A stretch of DNA of 34,003 bases from a virus. Taxonomy: Duplodnaviria > Caudoviricetes. Positions within the stretch are counted from its first letter, which is position 1; every line of letters starts with the position of its first letter. Positions 14,335 through 22,799 of this stretch are shown piece after piece. The position numbers and the translations under genes are program-made. The notes under the pieces were generated by a model that did no database searches, was not told the origin of the DNA, and worked only from the letters and a program-made list of their open reading frames with translations. The stretch lies in IMG/VR virus record IMGVR_UViG_3300037419_001409, positions 1-34,003 of that record. One strand, written 5' to 3'.

Positions 14335-14388
14335 GGGTATGGCGGACCGGGGCTCCGCCATGCGCCAAGCTAAGCAGTTGACGCGCAC

Positions 14389-14421
14389 GAAAAAGCCCGC
14401 CTCGGCTGGGCCGGGCGGGCT
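14389..14421 (-). terminator. Intrinsic terminator (possibly bidirectional)
   Basis: AAAAAGCCCGCC...GGCGGGCT hairpin with a U-tract on the minus strand; near-duplicate at 15760. Confidence 0.7.
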
Positions 14422-14495
14422 CTGGCAGACACGGGCGCGAGCCAGAAGGGTCTCCGCCCCTGGCCGAGCACCCCGCCTCACGCTAGCTCGGCGGC

Positions 14496-14723
14496 ATGTC
14501 TGAACGCCCGCCCAAGCGCCACATTGAAGCCCTCCGCGCCTGCCGCGTCTGCCGTGGCGGGATGCGCTACGAAGCCCACCTGAGGTCAATGCTGGCCCTC
14601 CGGGAACTGGGGTACGTGGAGGACAGGCCGCTCCGGAGCAGACCGAGAGAGGTACGGTGGTTCCTGACACCGGCCGGGCGGGATCTGCTTGAGGCGTTGG
14701 GAACAGGCGAGCCGGAGGATTGA
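14496..14723 (+). CDS. Small winged-helix-like hypothetical protein
   Basis: L.ELGYVE...WFLTPAGRDLL; no SD sequence, with GCTAGCT shortly upstream (possibly leaderless). Confidence 0.6.
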   Translation: MSERPPKRHIEALRACRVCRGGMRYEAHLRSMLALRELGYVEDRPLRSRPREVRWFLTPAGRDLLEALGTGEPED

Positions 14724-14859
14724 GGCACCGGAACGAAAAGGGCCCGGACAGCGGGGGGTACCGGGTCTGTCGCTAAGGGCACAAGCCTGCGCGGGCATCG
14801 CGTGACAGCCACACAACCCTGCGTTACGCCCACGCTTGAGGGGCTAAGGCGAGACCGAC

Positions 14860-15744
14860 ATGACCGACAGCCGAACCGGCATCGAGCGCACCAAAGACGC
14901 ATGGGCTGTCATCAGCCCGGAGCGATGCCTCTGGAACTACCCTTACACCAATGAGCTCGTCAGCAAGCGCGCGGGTGATCCAGCCAGGGGCGACTGGTAT
15001 CAGCAGGTCGGCGTACGACACCTCGCCGGCCGGCAGCCCGGCCGCGCTCTGTCAATCGGCTGCGGCATCGGATCGTGGGACCGCGCCTTCTACAAAGAGG
15101 GCTGGTTTCGCGAAGCCGTCTGCACCGACATCTCGGACGGCGCCGTTGCCACGGCGGCCTCTGTCGCGGAGGCTGAGGGCCTGCCGCTCCGCTACATCGC
15201 GGCGGACCTCAACAGGGGGCTGCCGGAGGGCGCGGAAGGCCCGTTCGATCTGATCTATGCGGTGGCCGCCCTGCACCACATCGACGCCCTGGAAAGTCTG
15301 CTGTCCGCCTGCCATGACCGCCTGACCGCGGACGGCCTGCTGATCTTTCAGGAGTATTGCGGGCCGTCCCGGTTTCAGTGGAAGCCGAAGACGCTTGCCC
15401 TGGCCAACGCCATCCTCGACCTGCTGCCGCCCGAGCTGAAAGGCCCCATCGAGCGGATCAAGCGCCCGCCCTATTCTGAGTTCGTCGAATACGACCCGAG
15501 CGAGAGCGTGCGCAGCGCCGAGATCATGGACCTGACCGCGATGTTTTTCGACATCGTCGAGGTTCAGGACATCGGTTTTACTCTGACGCAACCGCTGCTC
15601 AACCCGATCCTGCGCCACTTCGACGATGCCAATCCGCTGCACGGCGCCATCGCGAAGCTGATCTTCCTGTTTGAGGAGACGCTGATTGACGAGGGCGTGA
15701 TCGAGGCGGACACGAAGGTCGTGGTCGCGCGCAAGCGGAGGTAG
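14860..15744 (+). CDS. Class I SAM-dependent methyltransferase (moron)
   Basis: ALSIGCGIG motif I, TDISDGAV, ADLN, FDLIYAVAALHHI, L..DGLLIF.EY.GPSRFQW. Confidence 0.9.
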   Translation: MTDSRTGIERTKDAWAVISPERCLWNYPYTNELVSKRAGDPARGDWYQQVGVRHLAGRQPGRALSIGCGIGSWDRAFYKEGWFREAVCTDISDGAVATAASVAEAEGLPLRYIAADLNRGLPEGAEGPFDLIYAVAALHHIDALESLLSACHDRLTADGLLIFQEYCGPSRFQWKPKTLALANAILDLLPPELKGPIERIKRPPYSEFVEYDPSESVRSAEIMDLTAMFFDIVEVQDIGFTLTQPLLNPILRHFDDANPLHGAIAKLIFLFEETLIDEGVIEADTKVVVARKRR

Positions 15745-15759
15745 GCTGCGGCACGAACG

Positions 15760-15795
15760 AAAAAGCCCGCCACGGCGGCTGCCGGGCGGGCTCTT
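15760..15795. terminator. Intrinsic terminator between the convergent methyltransferase and the late operon
   Basis: AAAAAGCCCGCC...GGCGGGCTCTT hairpin. Confidence 0.75.
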
Positions 15796-15820
15796 GGTCT
15801 TGTCGGTGGTGGAGAGGCTA

Positions 15821-16423
15821 TCAGGGCGGATCTGCGGTCGCGTGCTTCTCCCGGCTATTCAGCACCGCAGAGGAGTGGGCGGAGCCTGACTGGATCTCCG
15901 AAACCCGCTCCTTCAGCCACCCCACGACCGGCGAGACATCCGGTCGTAGGTGAACGATGACGAAGCCGAGGATGAGGCTGATCACAAGAGCCCAGGCGAC
16001 GCGTCCCCACCGGGTTCTGGGAGGCTCCCTCGCCATGTCCTTGGGGGCGATCAGCGAGTAGAAGCAGCCGAGCCCCACAAGCCAGATCCACCACCCGTTA
16101 AGCTCAGAGTTGACCATCCAAGCCGGCTGTCCAGCCATCCGCCAGAGCAAGAGCCACACCGCCCCGCCGAACACTCCGGTCAGGAACATGACCTGACCCA
16201 TGATGCTCTGCTGAGCTGAGACCGGCGAAGGCCGCAGGATGATCTCCCGGAAGGCAGGGAACCACGCGAGGATCGCGGTCGCGCTGAAAACGATCATGAT
16301 GACCCGAAGCCACTCGGTCTGAAGGTTCGTCGGCAGGAACGGCGCCACTAGCCAGTAGGACAGCGCCGAGGCCAATCCGATCCAAAGCGTTAGGCTCCGG
16401 CGGAAGCGGGCGGTAAAGGTCAC
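15821..16423 (-). CDS. Multi-pass membrane protein
   Basis: About five hydrophobic helices; last gene of the lysis cluster. Confidence 0.8.
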   Translation of the reverse strand: MTFTARFRRSLTLWIGLASALSYWLVAPFLPTNLQTEWLRVIMIVFSATAILAWFPAFREIILRPSPVSAQQSIMGQVMFLTGVFGGAVWLLLWRMAGQPAWMVNSELNGWWIWLVGLGCFYSLIAPKDMAREPPRTRWGRVAWALVISLILGFVIVHLRPDVSPVVGWLKERVSEIQSGSAHSSAVLNSREKHATADPP

Positions 16424-16710
16424 TGGCGGCGCTCCAAGAGCTGCAGGGCATCTATGGCGGTCGCTAGTCCGGTGTCTCTCCCGGAACTGTGCCGCTCTCG
16501 TTCGAGCCGTTGATCGCTGCGGCGGCGAGTTTCCCGGCGGGTCGCTTCAATCGTCTTCAGATCCTCATTGGCCGACTTCGCGACTTCATGAGCGACCTTC
16601 TGGGCTTGCTCGCGCGCCTTGCCGCTCTCAGCCAGCACAGCCGTCAAGCGCTCACGCTCGGCATGAGCGGGATTGGGTATCAGCCACGACATCAGGCGCC
16701 TCCAGATCAT
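16420..16710 (-). CDS. Small coiled-coil hypothetical protein
   Basis: Overlaps both neighbours by 4 bp. Confidence 0.7.
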   Translation of the reverse strand: MIWRRLMSWLIPNPAHAERERLTAVLAESGKAREQAQKVAHEVAKSANEDLKTIEATRRETRRRSDQRLERERHSSGRDTGLATAIDALQLLERRQ

Positions 16711-17075
16711 GCGGCCCCCTGATCACGACGAACGAGCAGGTTGACGATGGCATTGACGGAGGCGTGATGGTTTCCGACCGCGTGACGAACCTCTCGGATC
16801 TCGGTCGCGGTCTCGTGTGACTGCTCCTGAAGGGCTTGAGCTGCTGTCGTCTGGGCGGCCTGCATCCGCTCCAGGGCCGCGGTCTGCGCGAGGATGGCGG
16901 ACGTGCCCCTCTCCGCAGTCGTCGTCGTCGTCGTGATCAGCCTGACGAATTGGGCGTGTAGCTCGTTGATGCGTTTCGAGAGCAGGTAGCAGCAGACGCC
17001 GAGGATCACCGCGCAGGCCCAACCCGAGCCTTGAAGGGCGAGGTCGCCCGCGGTTTTGGTGACGAGAGCTTCCAT
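16707..17075 (-). CDS. Single-TM holin-like membrane protein
   Basis: N-terminal TM (GWACAVILGVCCYLL) plus coiled coil; in the lysis cluster. Confidence 0.6.
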   Translation of the reverse strand: MEALVTKTAGDLALQGSGWACAVILGVCCYLLSKRINELHAQFVRLITTTTTTAERGTSAILAQTAALERMQAAQTTAAQALQEQSHETATEIREVRHAVGNHHASVNAIVNLLVRRDQGAA

Positions 17076-17240
17076 CCGTCAGGCTTGCGCAGCTTGGGTG
17101 TTTCGGCACAGGTTGGGCTCAGCCATCGCTAGCGCGGACCTTTCGCGTTGGTGGATGGTCAGTGGCGCTGGCCGGCTTGCTTCCCGGCTGACGGCTGGCG
17201 CCACGCTGCATCGCCTTTGGCCGGGCGACGGCGGCTCAGT

Positions 17241-17678
17241 TCAGCGCTTAGACAGGGCCGCCGCGCCCGTCCGGATGGCCTGGACGACAGGCGCGACCAC
17301 GAAGAAGCTCAGCAGGATCTTGCCCTGCCAATCGCCATAAGGTTCTGGAGGCTTCGGAACGCCCCAGGCGCCAACCACGTGAGCGCCGAACGGAGTCCAG
17401 AACGGCAGACTGTCGAAGTAGATGCCGGCCGCGTGCAGGGCCGGCGGCACTGCGATCAGGTAGACGATCCACGGATAAGCGGCCTGCGAGGCGGCCTTCA
17501 GCTTGTTGGCCTCGACCACACCTTGGAGCGCCGCGAGATCGCGTTGCCGATCCGCGTCGATCCCGGCCACCGCTATGTCGCGCGCGCTGGTGTCACGCTG
17601 CTTGAAGTAGGCCAGCACCGGCTCCGCGATACCGGATCCGAGCAATTTTACGAGGAAGCCGCCGAGGAGAGCGAGCAT
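17241..17678 (-). CDS. Membrane protein, holin-like (lysis cluster)
   Basis: N-terminal amphipathic helix, two later TM segments, ..PEPYGDW...ILLSFF. Confidence 0.7.
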   Translation of the reverse strand: MLALLGGFLVKLLGSGIAEPVLAYFKQRDTSARDIAVAGIDADRQRDLAALQGVVEANKLKAASQAAYPWIVYLIAVPPALHAAGIYFDSLPFWTPFGAHVVGAWGVPKPPEPYGDWQGKILLSFFVVAPVVQAIRTGAAALSKR

Positions 17679-17992
17679 CAGGGCTTCTCCTCTTCATCCG
17701 GGACAGCCGTGCTGCCGGGATCGGCTTTGACTTGGACCAGCCGCACGGGCCGGTAGTTGAGAGCGAAGCGGATGACGAACAACGCCATCGCCCCCCAGGC
17801 GGCCTGCGTCGGGGTGAAGCCGAGCGACACGAAGTTGATCTCGCCCACGCTCTGAAGAAGCGCGGCGATGAAGGCGCCCGCGATGGCGCAGGCATCGAAG
17901 ATGCGCCCCCACCGGCTTTTGCGAACGATTGGCGTGATGACAGTGTGCGAGGCCGGCGTCTCGACGGTGACAGGGGGGAGCTTGGTCGTCAT
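17678..17992 (-). CDS. Two-TM membrane protein (lysis cluster)
   Basis: Two hydrophobic helices; immediately downstream of the endolysin. Confidence 0.7.
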   Translation of the reverse strand: MTTKLPPVTVETPASHTVITPIVRKSRWGRIFDACAIAGAFIAALLQSVGEINFVSLGFTPTQAAWGAMALFVIRFALNYRPVRLVQVKADPGSTAVPDEEEKP

Positions 17993-17995
17993 CGC

Positions 17996-18778
17996 TTAGG
18001 CCGTCTTGCCGGAGAGGAGCGCCGCGAGGCGCCGGAAGAGGGAGGGCTTTGCAACGGCTGGCGCAGGCAGGGGCGCGACATCGACCGGCCCAATCGGCAC
18101 AGGCTTTCCGACCGCATCTTGTGACGGCGACCAGGGCGTATCCTTGATCTTCGCCCACTTCGCGAAGGCCGCCGCCAGCTTGGTGTCGTAGCCGTTCTGC
18201 GCGTATTTCGGGCCGTTGTAGCCGCGGGCGAACGCCGCCCAATTGTGGCTCCGGATCTCGTCGTCCAAGTGGGTCTCGACGATGAACCGGATCATCGCGG
18301 CGAGGTGTTCGCCTTCACCGTTCTCCACGAACGCCACGACCATGTGCTGGGGGCTGTCGTAGCCAGCGGCGACGTAGTTCTCGCCGAGAACCTGCCCAAG
18401 GCCCCAAGAGGCGGCCTTTAGCGCTGCCGTCTCGTTGATGTCCATCGCAGCCTTAAGCCGAGGGTAGCTGTCCGCCGGATAGTTCCCAGGACGCCATTTC
18501 TCGTAGGCGATCCCGAGCTGCACGGCATGGGCGCGATCAGAGCCCACGAGGTGCCGATAGAAGACGTGCGGCTCAAACAGCATCTTGGGCCGGCCGAGTT
18601 TGTCGAAGCCGCTGCCAGCTGCCTCCACGTCGATCACAGCGTGGATCTCATCTTCGCCGACACCGATGGTGTGGCCGACGCGCGGCAGATCAATGTCGGC
18701 TAATTTGGTCGCCTTGCTGACGAAGCCGGCGGCACGCACGCGCGCAAAAGCCGCCGCTGTAGCTGCGGGTGTTGGCAT
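17996..18778 (-). CDS. Endolysin, N-acetylmuramidase DUF3380 family
   Basis: AVIDVEAAGSGF..GRPKMLFEPHVF, ASWGLGQVLGEN, WAAFARGYNGP.Y.QN.YDTKL. Confidence 0.93.
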   Translation of the reverse strand: MPTPAATAAAFARVRAAGFVSKATKLADIDLPRVGHTIGVGEDEIHAVIDVEAAGSGFDKLGRPKMLFEPHVFYRHLVGSDRAHAVQLGIAYEKWRPGNYPADSYPRLKAAMDINETAALKAASWGLGQVLGENYVAAGYDSPQHMVVAFVENGEGEHLAAMIRFIVETHLDDEIRSHNWAAFARGYNGPKYAQNGYDTKLAAAFAKWAKIKDTPWSPSQDAVGKPVPIGPVDVAPLPAPAVAKPSLFRRLAALLSGKTA

Positions 18779-18811
18779 GACAGTCTCCAGCGAATTGGTA
18801 GAGGGCGCGGG

Positions 18812-19144
18812 CTACAGGCCGGTGACGGTCAGGACGGCGGCGACGGCGGCGCTAGAGCCGGCGGCGACGAGCCATTGCGCGAGGTTGTCGCGGTCCCACT
18901 TGAACGCGAACTCCGCCCCGAGCCACGCCATGATCGGGCTGGTGCCGGCGTGCTTCAGGTCGTGCTCCCTCTGGCCAGCCTCGCGGCCGTACCAGAACGG
19001 TGAGACCATGAGCGTTGCGACCACCGCTGGGAGCGGGAAGCCAACCGCCTTCAGGACGAGCGCCACCACGAATGTGTAGAGCGCGGCCAGGAGCGTGTGC
19101 GTCACGAGCGGGCGCGCGAGGAGCCAGGAGACGGGATTGGTCAT
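18812..19144 (-). CDS. Small membrane protein
   Basis: Hydrophobic segments with FWYGREAGQREH; GGAGG RBS; ATGA overlap. Confidence 0.7.
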   Translation of the reverse strand: MTNPVSWLLARPLVTHTLLAALYTFVVALVLKAVGFPLPAVVATLMVSPFWYGREAGQREHDLKHAGTSPIMAWLGAEFAFKWDRDNLAQWLVAAGSSAAVAAVLTVTGL

Positions 19145-19629
19145 TTGCTGGCCTCCGGCCCGCCAATCCACTTCTGATAGGCCGCAACCCAATCGGTCGC
19201 GATGGCCCGCTGCGCCTCCTCAGGGGTGATCCGGCCAGCACAGATCAGGCGGTGAAGCTTGTTCTCGATTGCATCTTTCTGATGCGCGCCGAGCGGCTGG
19301 TCATAGGCTTCCGGCCACAAGTTGGTGATGTCGTTGGAGCCGCCCAATTCGAGGCTGACCAAGTGATCCACCTCATAGGGCGGCAGCAGGTTCGTGCCGG
19401 GGAACGCCGCAGACGGGCCGGCCATGCCGTACCGGCGGTACACCTGAAGCTTCAGGGAGCCGGACACGTTGCGGATGGTGCTCGTCTTGGTGCCGCAAAT
19501 CTCGGCCCGGCTGGTCGTGCGAACTGCGCCCGGTGTGAGCACAGGGTCCGGCCGAACCCCATCAGAGGCAGCCCAGGCAGGCGAAGAGAGCGCGATGGCG
19601 AGCGCCAGCGCGGTAGCGGGACGGAGCAT
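19141..19629 (-). CDS. Secreted HNH-like protein
   Basis: Signal peptide (ALALAIALSSPAWA); LTPGAV...IC; YEVDHLVSLELGGSNDITNLWP; KDAIENKLH.LIC.G. Confidence 0.8.
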   Translation of the reverse strand: MLRPATALALAIALSSPAWAASDGVRPDPVLTPGAVRTTSRAEICGTKTSTIRNVSGSLKLQVYRRYGMAGPSAAFPGTNLLPPYEVDHLVSLELGGSNDITNLWPEAYDQPLGAHQKDAIENKLHRLICAGRITPEEAQRAIATDWVAAYQKWIGGPEASK

Positions 19630-19681
19630 GGGAGTTCCTGATGCCGGGAAAGGCGCGCGGCCCTTGTCGAAATCGACGCTT

Positions 19682-19698
19682 GTTCCCAAATTGGGAAC
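19682..19698. promoter_or_regulatory. Likely higBA operator palindrome GTTCCCAA-A-TTGGGAAC
   Basis: Perfect 8-1-8 inverted repeat 15 bp upstream of the higB start. Confidence 0.7.
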
Positions 19699-19713
19699 GT
19701 GCCAAAAGAGGGC

Positions 19714-20016
19714 ATGAACGTTGTCGCTCGCCCGGCCATGGTCGCCTTCTGGACCCGCTACCCGCAGGCCGAGACCCCGCTTGAGGCGTGGTACGCGACG
19801 GTCACGAAGGCGACTTACAAGGAACCGGCGGACATCAAGACGGTGTTTGGCACGACCGTCGATTTCGTCGGCGACAACCGCGTGATCTTTGATATTGGCG
19901 GGAACAAATTCCGCCTCATCGTTCACGTGTCCTACGTGTTCAAGGCGTTCCAGATCAAGTTCATCGGGACGCACAAGGAGTATGACAAGATCGACCCGCT
20001 AACGGTCAGCCTGTAG
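19714..20016 (+). CDS. higB: HigB-family toxin (RelE superfamily)
   Basis: FW..YP.AE.PL.AWY...PADIK..F...D.VGDNRVIFDIGGNKFRLIV...IKFIGTHKEYDKID. Confidence 0.93.
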   Translation: MNVVARPAMVAFWTRYPQAETPLEAWYATVTKATYKEPADIKTVFGTTVDFVGDNRVIFDIGGNKFRLIVHVSYVFKAFQIKFIGTHKEYDKIDPLTVSL

Positions 20017-20033
20017 GATTTCGAGCAGAGGAG

Positions 20034-20423
20034 ATGGGTATGGACATTCGCCCGATCCACAACGAGGACGACTACGCTTGGGCTATGGCGGAGGTCTCTC
20101 GCTATTTTGAGAACGAGCCCGAATTCGGCTCCGAGGATGGGAACCGTTTCGAGGTGCTGCTCACTCTTATCGGCGCATACGAGGTTGACCGCTATCCGAT
20201 CTCAACGCCTGATCCAATTGAGATGTTGGAATTCGCTATCTCAAGCATGGGGCATACTCGGGCGGAACTAAGCAACCTGCTTGGTTCACGCTCACGTGTG
20301 TCGGAGATCCTAAATCGGAAGCGCCCTCTAACGCTGGATCAAATCCGGACCATTAGCGAGGCGTGGAAACTGCCGGTTGATGTTCTTGCGAAGCCATACC
20401 GGCTTGAGAAGCAAGCGGCGTAA
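20034..20423 (+). CDS. higA: HigA-family antitoxin (HTH)
   Basis: IRPIHNEDDY...L.TLI.AYE..PDPIE...LLGSRSRVSEILNRKRPLTLDQIR. Confidence 0.93.
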   Translation: MGMDIRPIHNEDDYAWAMAEVSRYFENEPEFGSEDGNRFEVLLTLIGAYEVDRYPISTPDPIEMLEFAISSMGHTRAELSNLLGSRSRVSEILNRKRPLTLDQIRTISEAWKLPVDVLAKPYRLEKQAA

Positions 20424-20455
20424 CCACTGAAGGTCACGGAACCGCTGGAGGAGAG

Positions 20456-20704
20456 ATGAGCCAGTCGATTGAGCCCATGGCTGCTGGAGAGAAGCCTACG
20501 GAACCGGGATGGTATGTAATCCAGCGAGAGTACGGCGGCCGCGACTTCGTAAGGGCTTGGCGATACCATCACCTCGCCGAGGGCGTCAGCGAGTACGTTG
20601 TTGGGAGCACGGGCGAAGAACTGCAGGCGGATGAAATAGACCGCGAAAATTGGACCTTCATCGCCCGCATCTATCCGGACAGGATAGAAGGGAGGAAAGG
20701 ATGA
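20456..20704 (+). CDS. Hypothetical protein
   Basis: GGAGG RBS; KPTEPGWY motif; ATGA overlap. Confidence 0.65.
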   Translation: MSQSIEPMAAGEKPTEPGWYVIQREYGGRDFVRAWRYHHLAEGVSEYVVGSTGEELQADEIDRENWTFIARIYPDRIEGRKG

Positions 20705-20967
20705 CTCCCGACATGAGGCGCCTGTGCCAAGCCGCAGAAGAGGCATTCGAGACGGTGTTCAACGGCGATGCCGAGATCACTCCGGGCGGCTCCGAGACCA
20801 TCGTCCGTGCTGTTCTCATGGCTCTGAGAGAGCCGTCCTACGGGATGCTGCGAGCGGCTGACGACGCTGAAAAGATCGGGGATGGCGGTCGAACGGTCAG
20901 AGGCGATTTCGAGCGCGAAGTCACCGCCATGATCGACCACATCCTCGCCGAGCCCGCTAAGGCGTGA
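20701..20967 (+). CDS. Small phage protein (ALREPS..M...AMID family)
   Basis: GGAGG RBS; similar to 8127..8357. Confidence 0.65.
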   Translation: MTPDMRRLCQAAEEAFETVFNGDAEITPGGSETIVRAVLMALREPSYGMLRAADDAEKIGDGGRTVRGDFEREVTAMIDHILAEPAKA

Positions 20968-21065
20968 GTCTCACCGATGCTCCGGTCACGCCCTTCGTGA
21001 ACTCCTCATCGAGGAGCGACAGCAGTTCGGCGTCGGAGACGGGTTTGGGCTGAGCCATCAGGTGC

Positions 21066-22412
21066 TCAGTTCAGGACGCGCAGGGTCATGCCGGCGAGCT
21101 TCACGGTGGCCGTGGCCGCCGCAGCCGAGGCGTCGAAGCCAAGCGTAAGCTGCGCGTAGAGCGTGGCACCAGACACGACCGTGTAGACCGGCGTGCGGAA
21201 CACGAGGCCGTTGTAGGTGCCCGCCGGGTCCCACTTGTTCAGATTGGCGTCGGACGTGGCCCACTGATTGAAGCCATCTGCCGCACAGATCGGGAAGTTG
21301 GAGTTGTCGCTGTCGCCGATGCCGATCTGGGAGTACCAGAGGTTCGACACGCCTGAGACATCCAGCTCGGCCTCCAGCACAACCTGCTTGCCGGGCGCGA
21401 TGCCGAAGATGCCCTGCGTCAGAACCACCTGCTCAAGGTTGGTCTTGCCCGAGGCGATGTTGACGGCGAGCACCTGCTTGTTGCCCGGCACCGCATTGAC
21501 GCCGGCCGCCTGCACCTCCACCGAGGCCGTGACCTCCGAGTTGACCCAGCCGCCGTTCGGCTTGAACAGCGTCCAGCCGCTGGCGACCGTGCCCTGACCG
21601 TTACTCACCGTGCCGCCGCTCGCCGCCGAGAAGCAGCCGTTGGTCACGCGGTTGCCGAGCGGATTGTACGTCGCGTCATAGGCGTCGGCCGCGGAGGCGA
21701 TGACGCTCGGCGAGGCCGGCAGCAGCGGCGCGAGCGCGTTCGCGAGCGCAAGGCCGATGCGATAGGAGCCGCCGGCCGCCGGGTGGATGCCGTCGCCGTG
21801 CATGAGGCTGGCAATCGCGTATCCGTTGGCGCTGGTCGGATCGGCGAGCGAGCGGAAGGCGTCCACCAGGACCACGCCCGACTGTGTGCGCGCCCATTCG
21901 CGGATGAGCGTGTTGAGGTACTGGAGCTGCTTGTAGCTGTTCGCCGTCATGCCCGAGGACGAGGCGGCAGCCGTCATCGGCGGCACGGTCAGCAGAACGA
22001 CGGCCTTACCGAGCGCCTGCCCGTTCGCGACGATGGACTTGATGCTGGCGAAAGCCGAGGAGACCGACGTGCCTTGCAGGATGTCGTTCGTGCCGGCGAG
22101 CACGACGAGGATGTCGAAGTTGCTTGCGTTGGCCGCCACGTCGGTCTGAAACCGTGCCAGCACCTGATCGGTGCGGTTGCCCGAAACGCCCTTATTGAGC
22201 GCCGGATCGAAGTAGATCCGCTGCCCGAGCAGGCGTCGTGTCCAGTTCAAGAAGCCTTCGTCGTTGTAGCACAGCCGATTGTTCGGATAGGCTGACGTTG
22301 AGACGAAGGTGTGGAAGTACGCGATGCTGTCGCCAAGCAGCAGCACGCGCCGGCCGTAGGTGGCGGTAGACGAGCCGCCGCCTACGGAGCCGAATGGGCG
22401 CTGGATCGCCAT
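21066..22412 (-). CDS. SGNH/GDSL esterase-domain protein, probably tail-associated
   Basis: Blocks LLGDSI, GVSGNRT, LAGTND and DGIHP; beta-rich C-terminal domain. Confidence 0.88.
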   Translation of the reverse strand: MAIQRPFGSVGGGSSTATYGRRVLLLGDSIAYFHTFVSTSAYPNNRLCYNDEGFLNWTRRLLGQRIYFDPALNKGVSGNRTDQVLARFQTDVAANASNFDILVVLAGTNDILQGTSVSSAFASIKSIVANGQALGKAVVLLTVPPMTAAASSSGMTANSYKQLQYLNTLIREWARTQSGVVLVDAFRSLADPTSANGYAIASLMHGDGIHPAAGGSYRIGLALANALAPLLPASPSVIASAADAYDATYNPLGNRVTNGCFSAASGGTVSNGQGTVASGWTLFKPNGGWVNSEVTASVEVQAAGVNAVPGNKQVLAVNIASGKTNLEQVVLTQGIFGIAPGKQVVLEAELDVSGVSNLWYSQIGIGDSDNSNFPICAADGFNQWATSDANLNKWDPAGTYNGLVFRTPVYTVVSGATLYAQLTLGFDASAAAATATVKLAGMTLRVLN

Positions 22413-22415
22413 AGT

Positions 22416-22730
22416 TCAGTAGCTCCGCAGCACGGAGACGGTGCATGTTGCCGTCGTATTGGCGGCGTTCACGTCCGAGACGGCGATGTTGTCGATGATC
22501 GCGGTGCCGACCTGCGCGTAGAGGTCGAGTGTCCCGTACAGCAGGACGAGACGGATCATGCCAGCAGCCGAGCACGCCAAAGCGACGCCATCCCCGGCCG
22601 GGACAGGCGTCCCAGGCGTGATCGTGCTGGCCGAACGGTAGATCTTCGCCGGCTGCGCCTGTGCTGCGGAGGTAAGCAGCGACAGCGCCGCAGCGGCACA
22701 AATCAAGAGACGGCAAAGATGCTGGCGCAT
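22416..22730 (-). CDS. Small hypothetical protein with signal-peptide-like N-terminus
   Basis: LLICAAAALSLLTSAAQA-Q; small beta-rich body. Confidence 0.75.
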   Translation of the reverse strand: MRQHLCRLLICAAAALSLLTSAAQAQPAKIYRSASTITPGTPVPAGDGVALACSAAGMIRLVLLYGTLDLYAQVGTAIIDNIAVSDVNAANTTATCTVSVLRSY

Positions 22731-22799
22731 GGCAAAGGCTCCCGGCGAGCAGGTTCGAAGCGGTTGGGTGAAGGGGAGAGGCTTAGGCGGCGACCTTGG

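Larger units (their letters stand above)
11770..14361. repeat. Family-2 intergenic core-type sites ATGGCGGA-N7-(TCCGCCAT-like), related to a tRNA-Ser 3' end (7 copies)
   Basis: Copies at 11770-11792, 12030-12052, 12610-12632 (right arm only), 12908-12930, 13400-13422, 14048-14070 and 14339-14361 (perfect inverted repeat). Confidence 0.8.

Noticed and set aside
8628-14361. CRISPR array or classical integron
   Set aside because: The spacers are whole genes, the repeats are degenerate, and there are no cas genes. The sites lack attC RYYYAAC/GTTRRRY ends, and I see no IntI-type features in the integrase.
14860-15744. DNA methyltransferase of a restriction-modification system
   Set aside because: There is no DPPY/NPPY or PC catalytic motif; the sequence fits the small-molecule class I type.
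15821-17992. Spanin (Rz/Rz1) assignment
   Set aside because: I saw no convincing lipobox lipoprotein ORF, so these are left as membrane proteins.
19630-19974. Long N-terminal extension of the HNH-like ORF (19141..19974)
   Set aside because: It is the antisense shadow of higB; the signal peptide begins at 19629.
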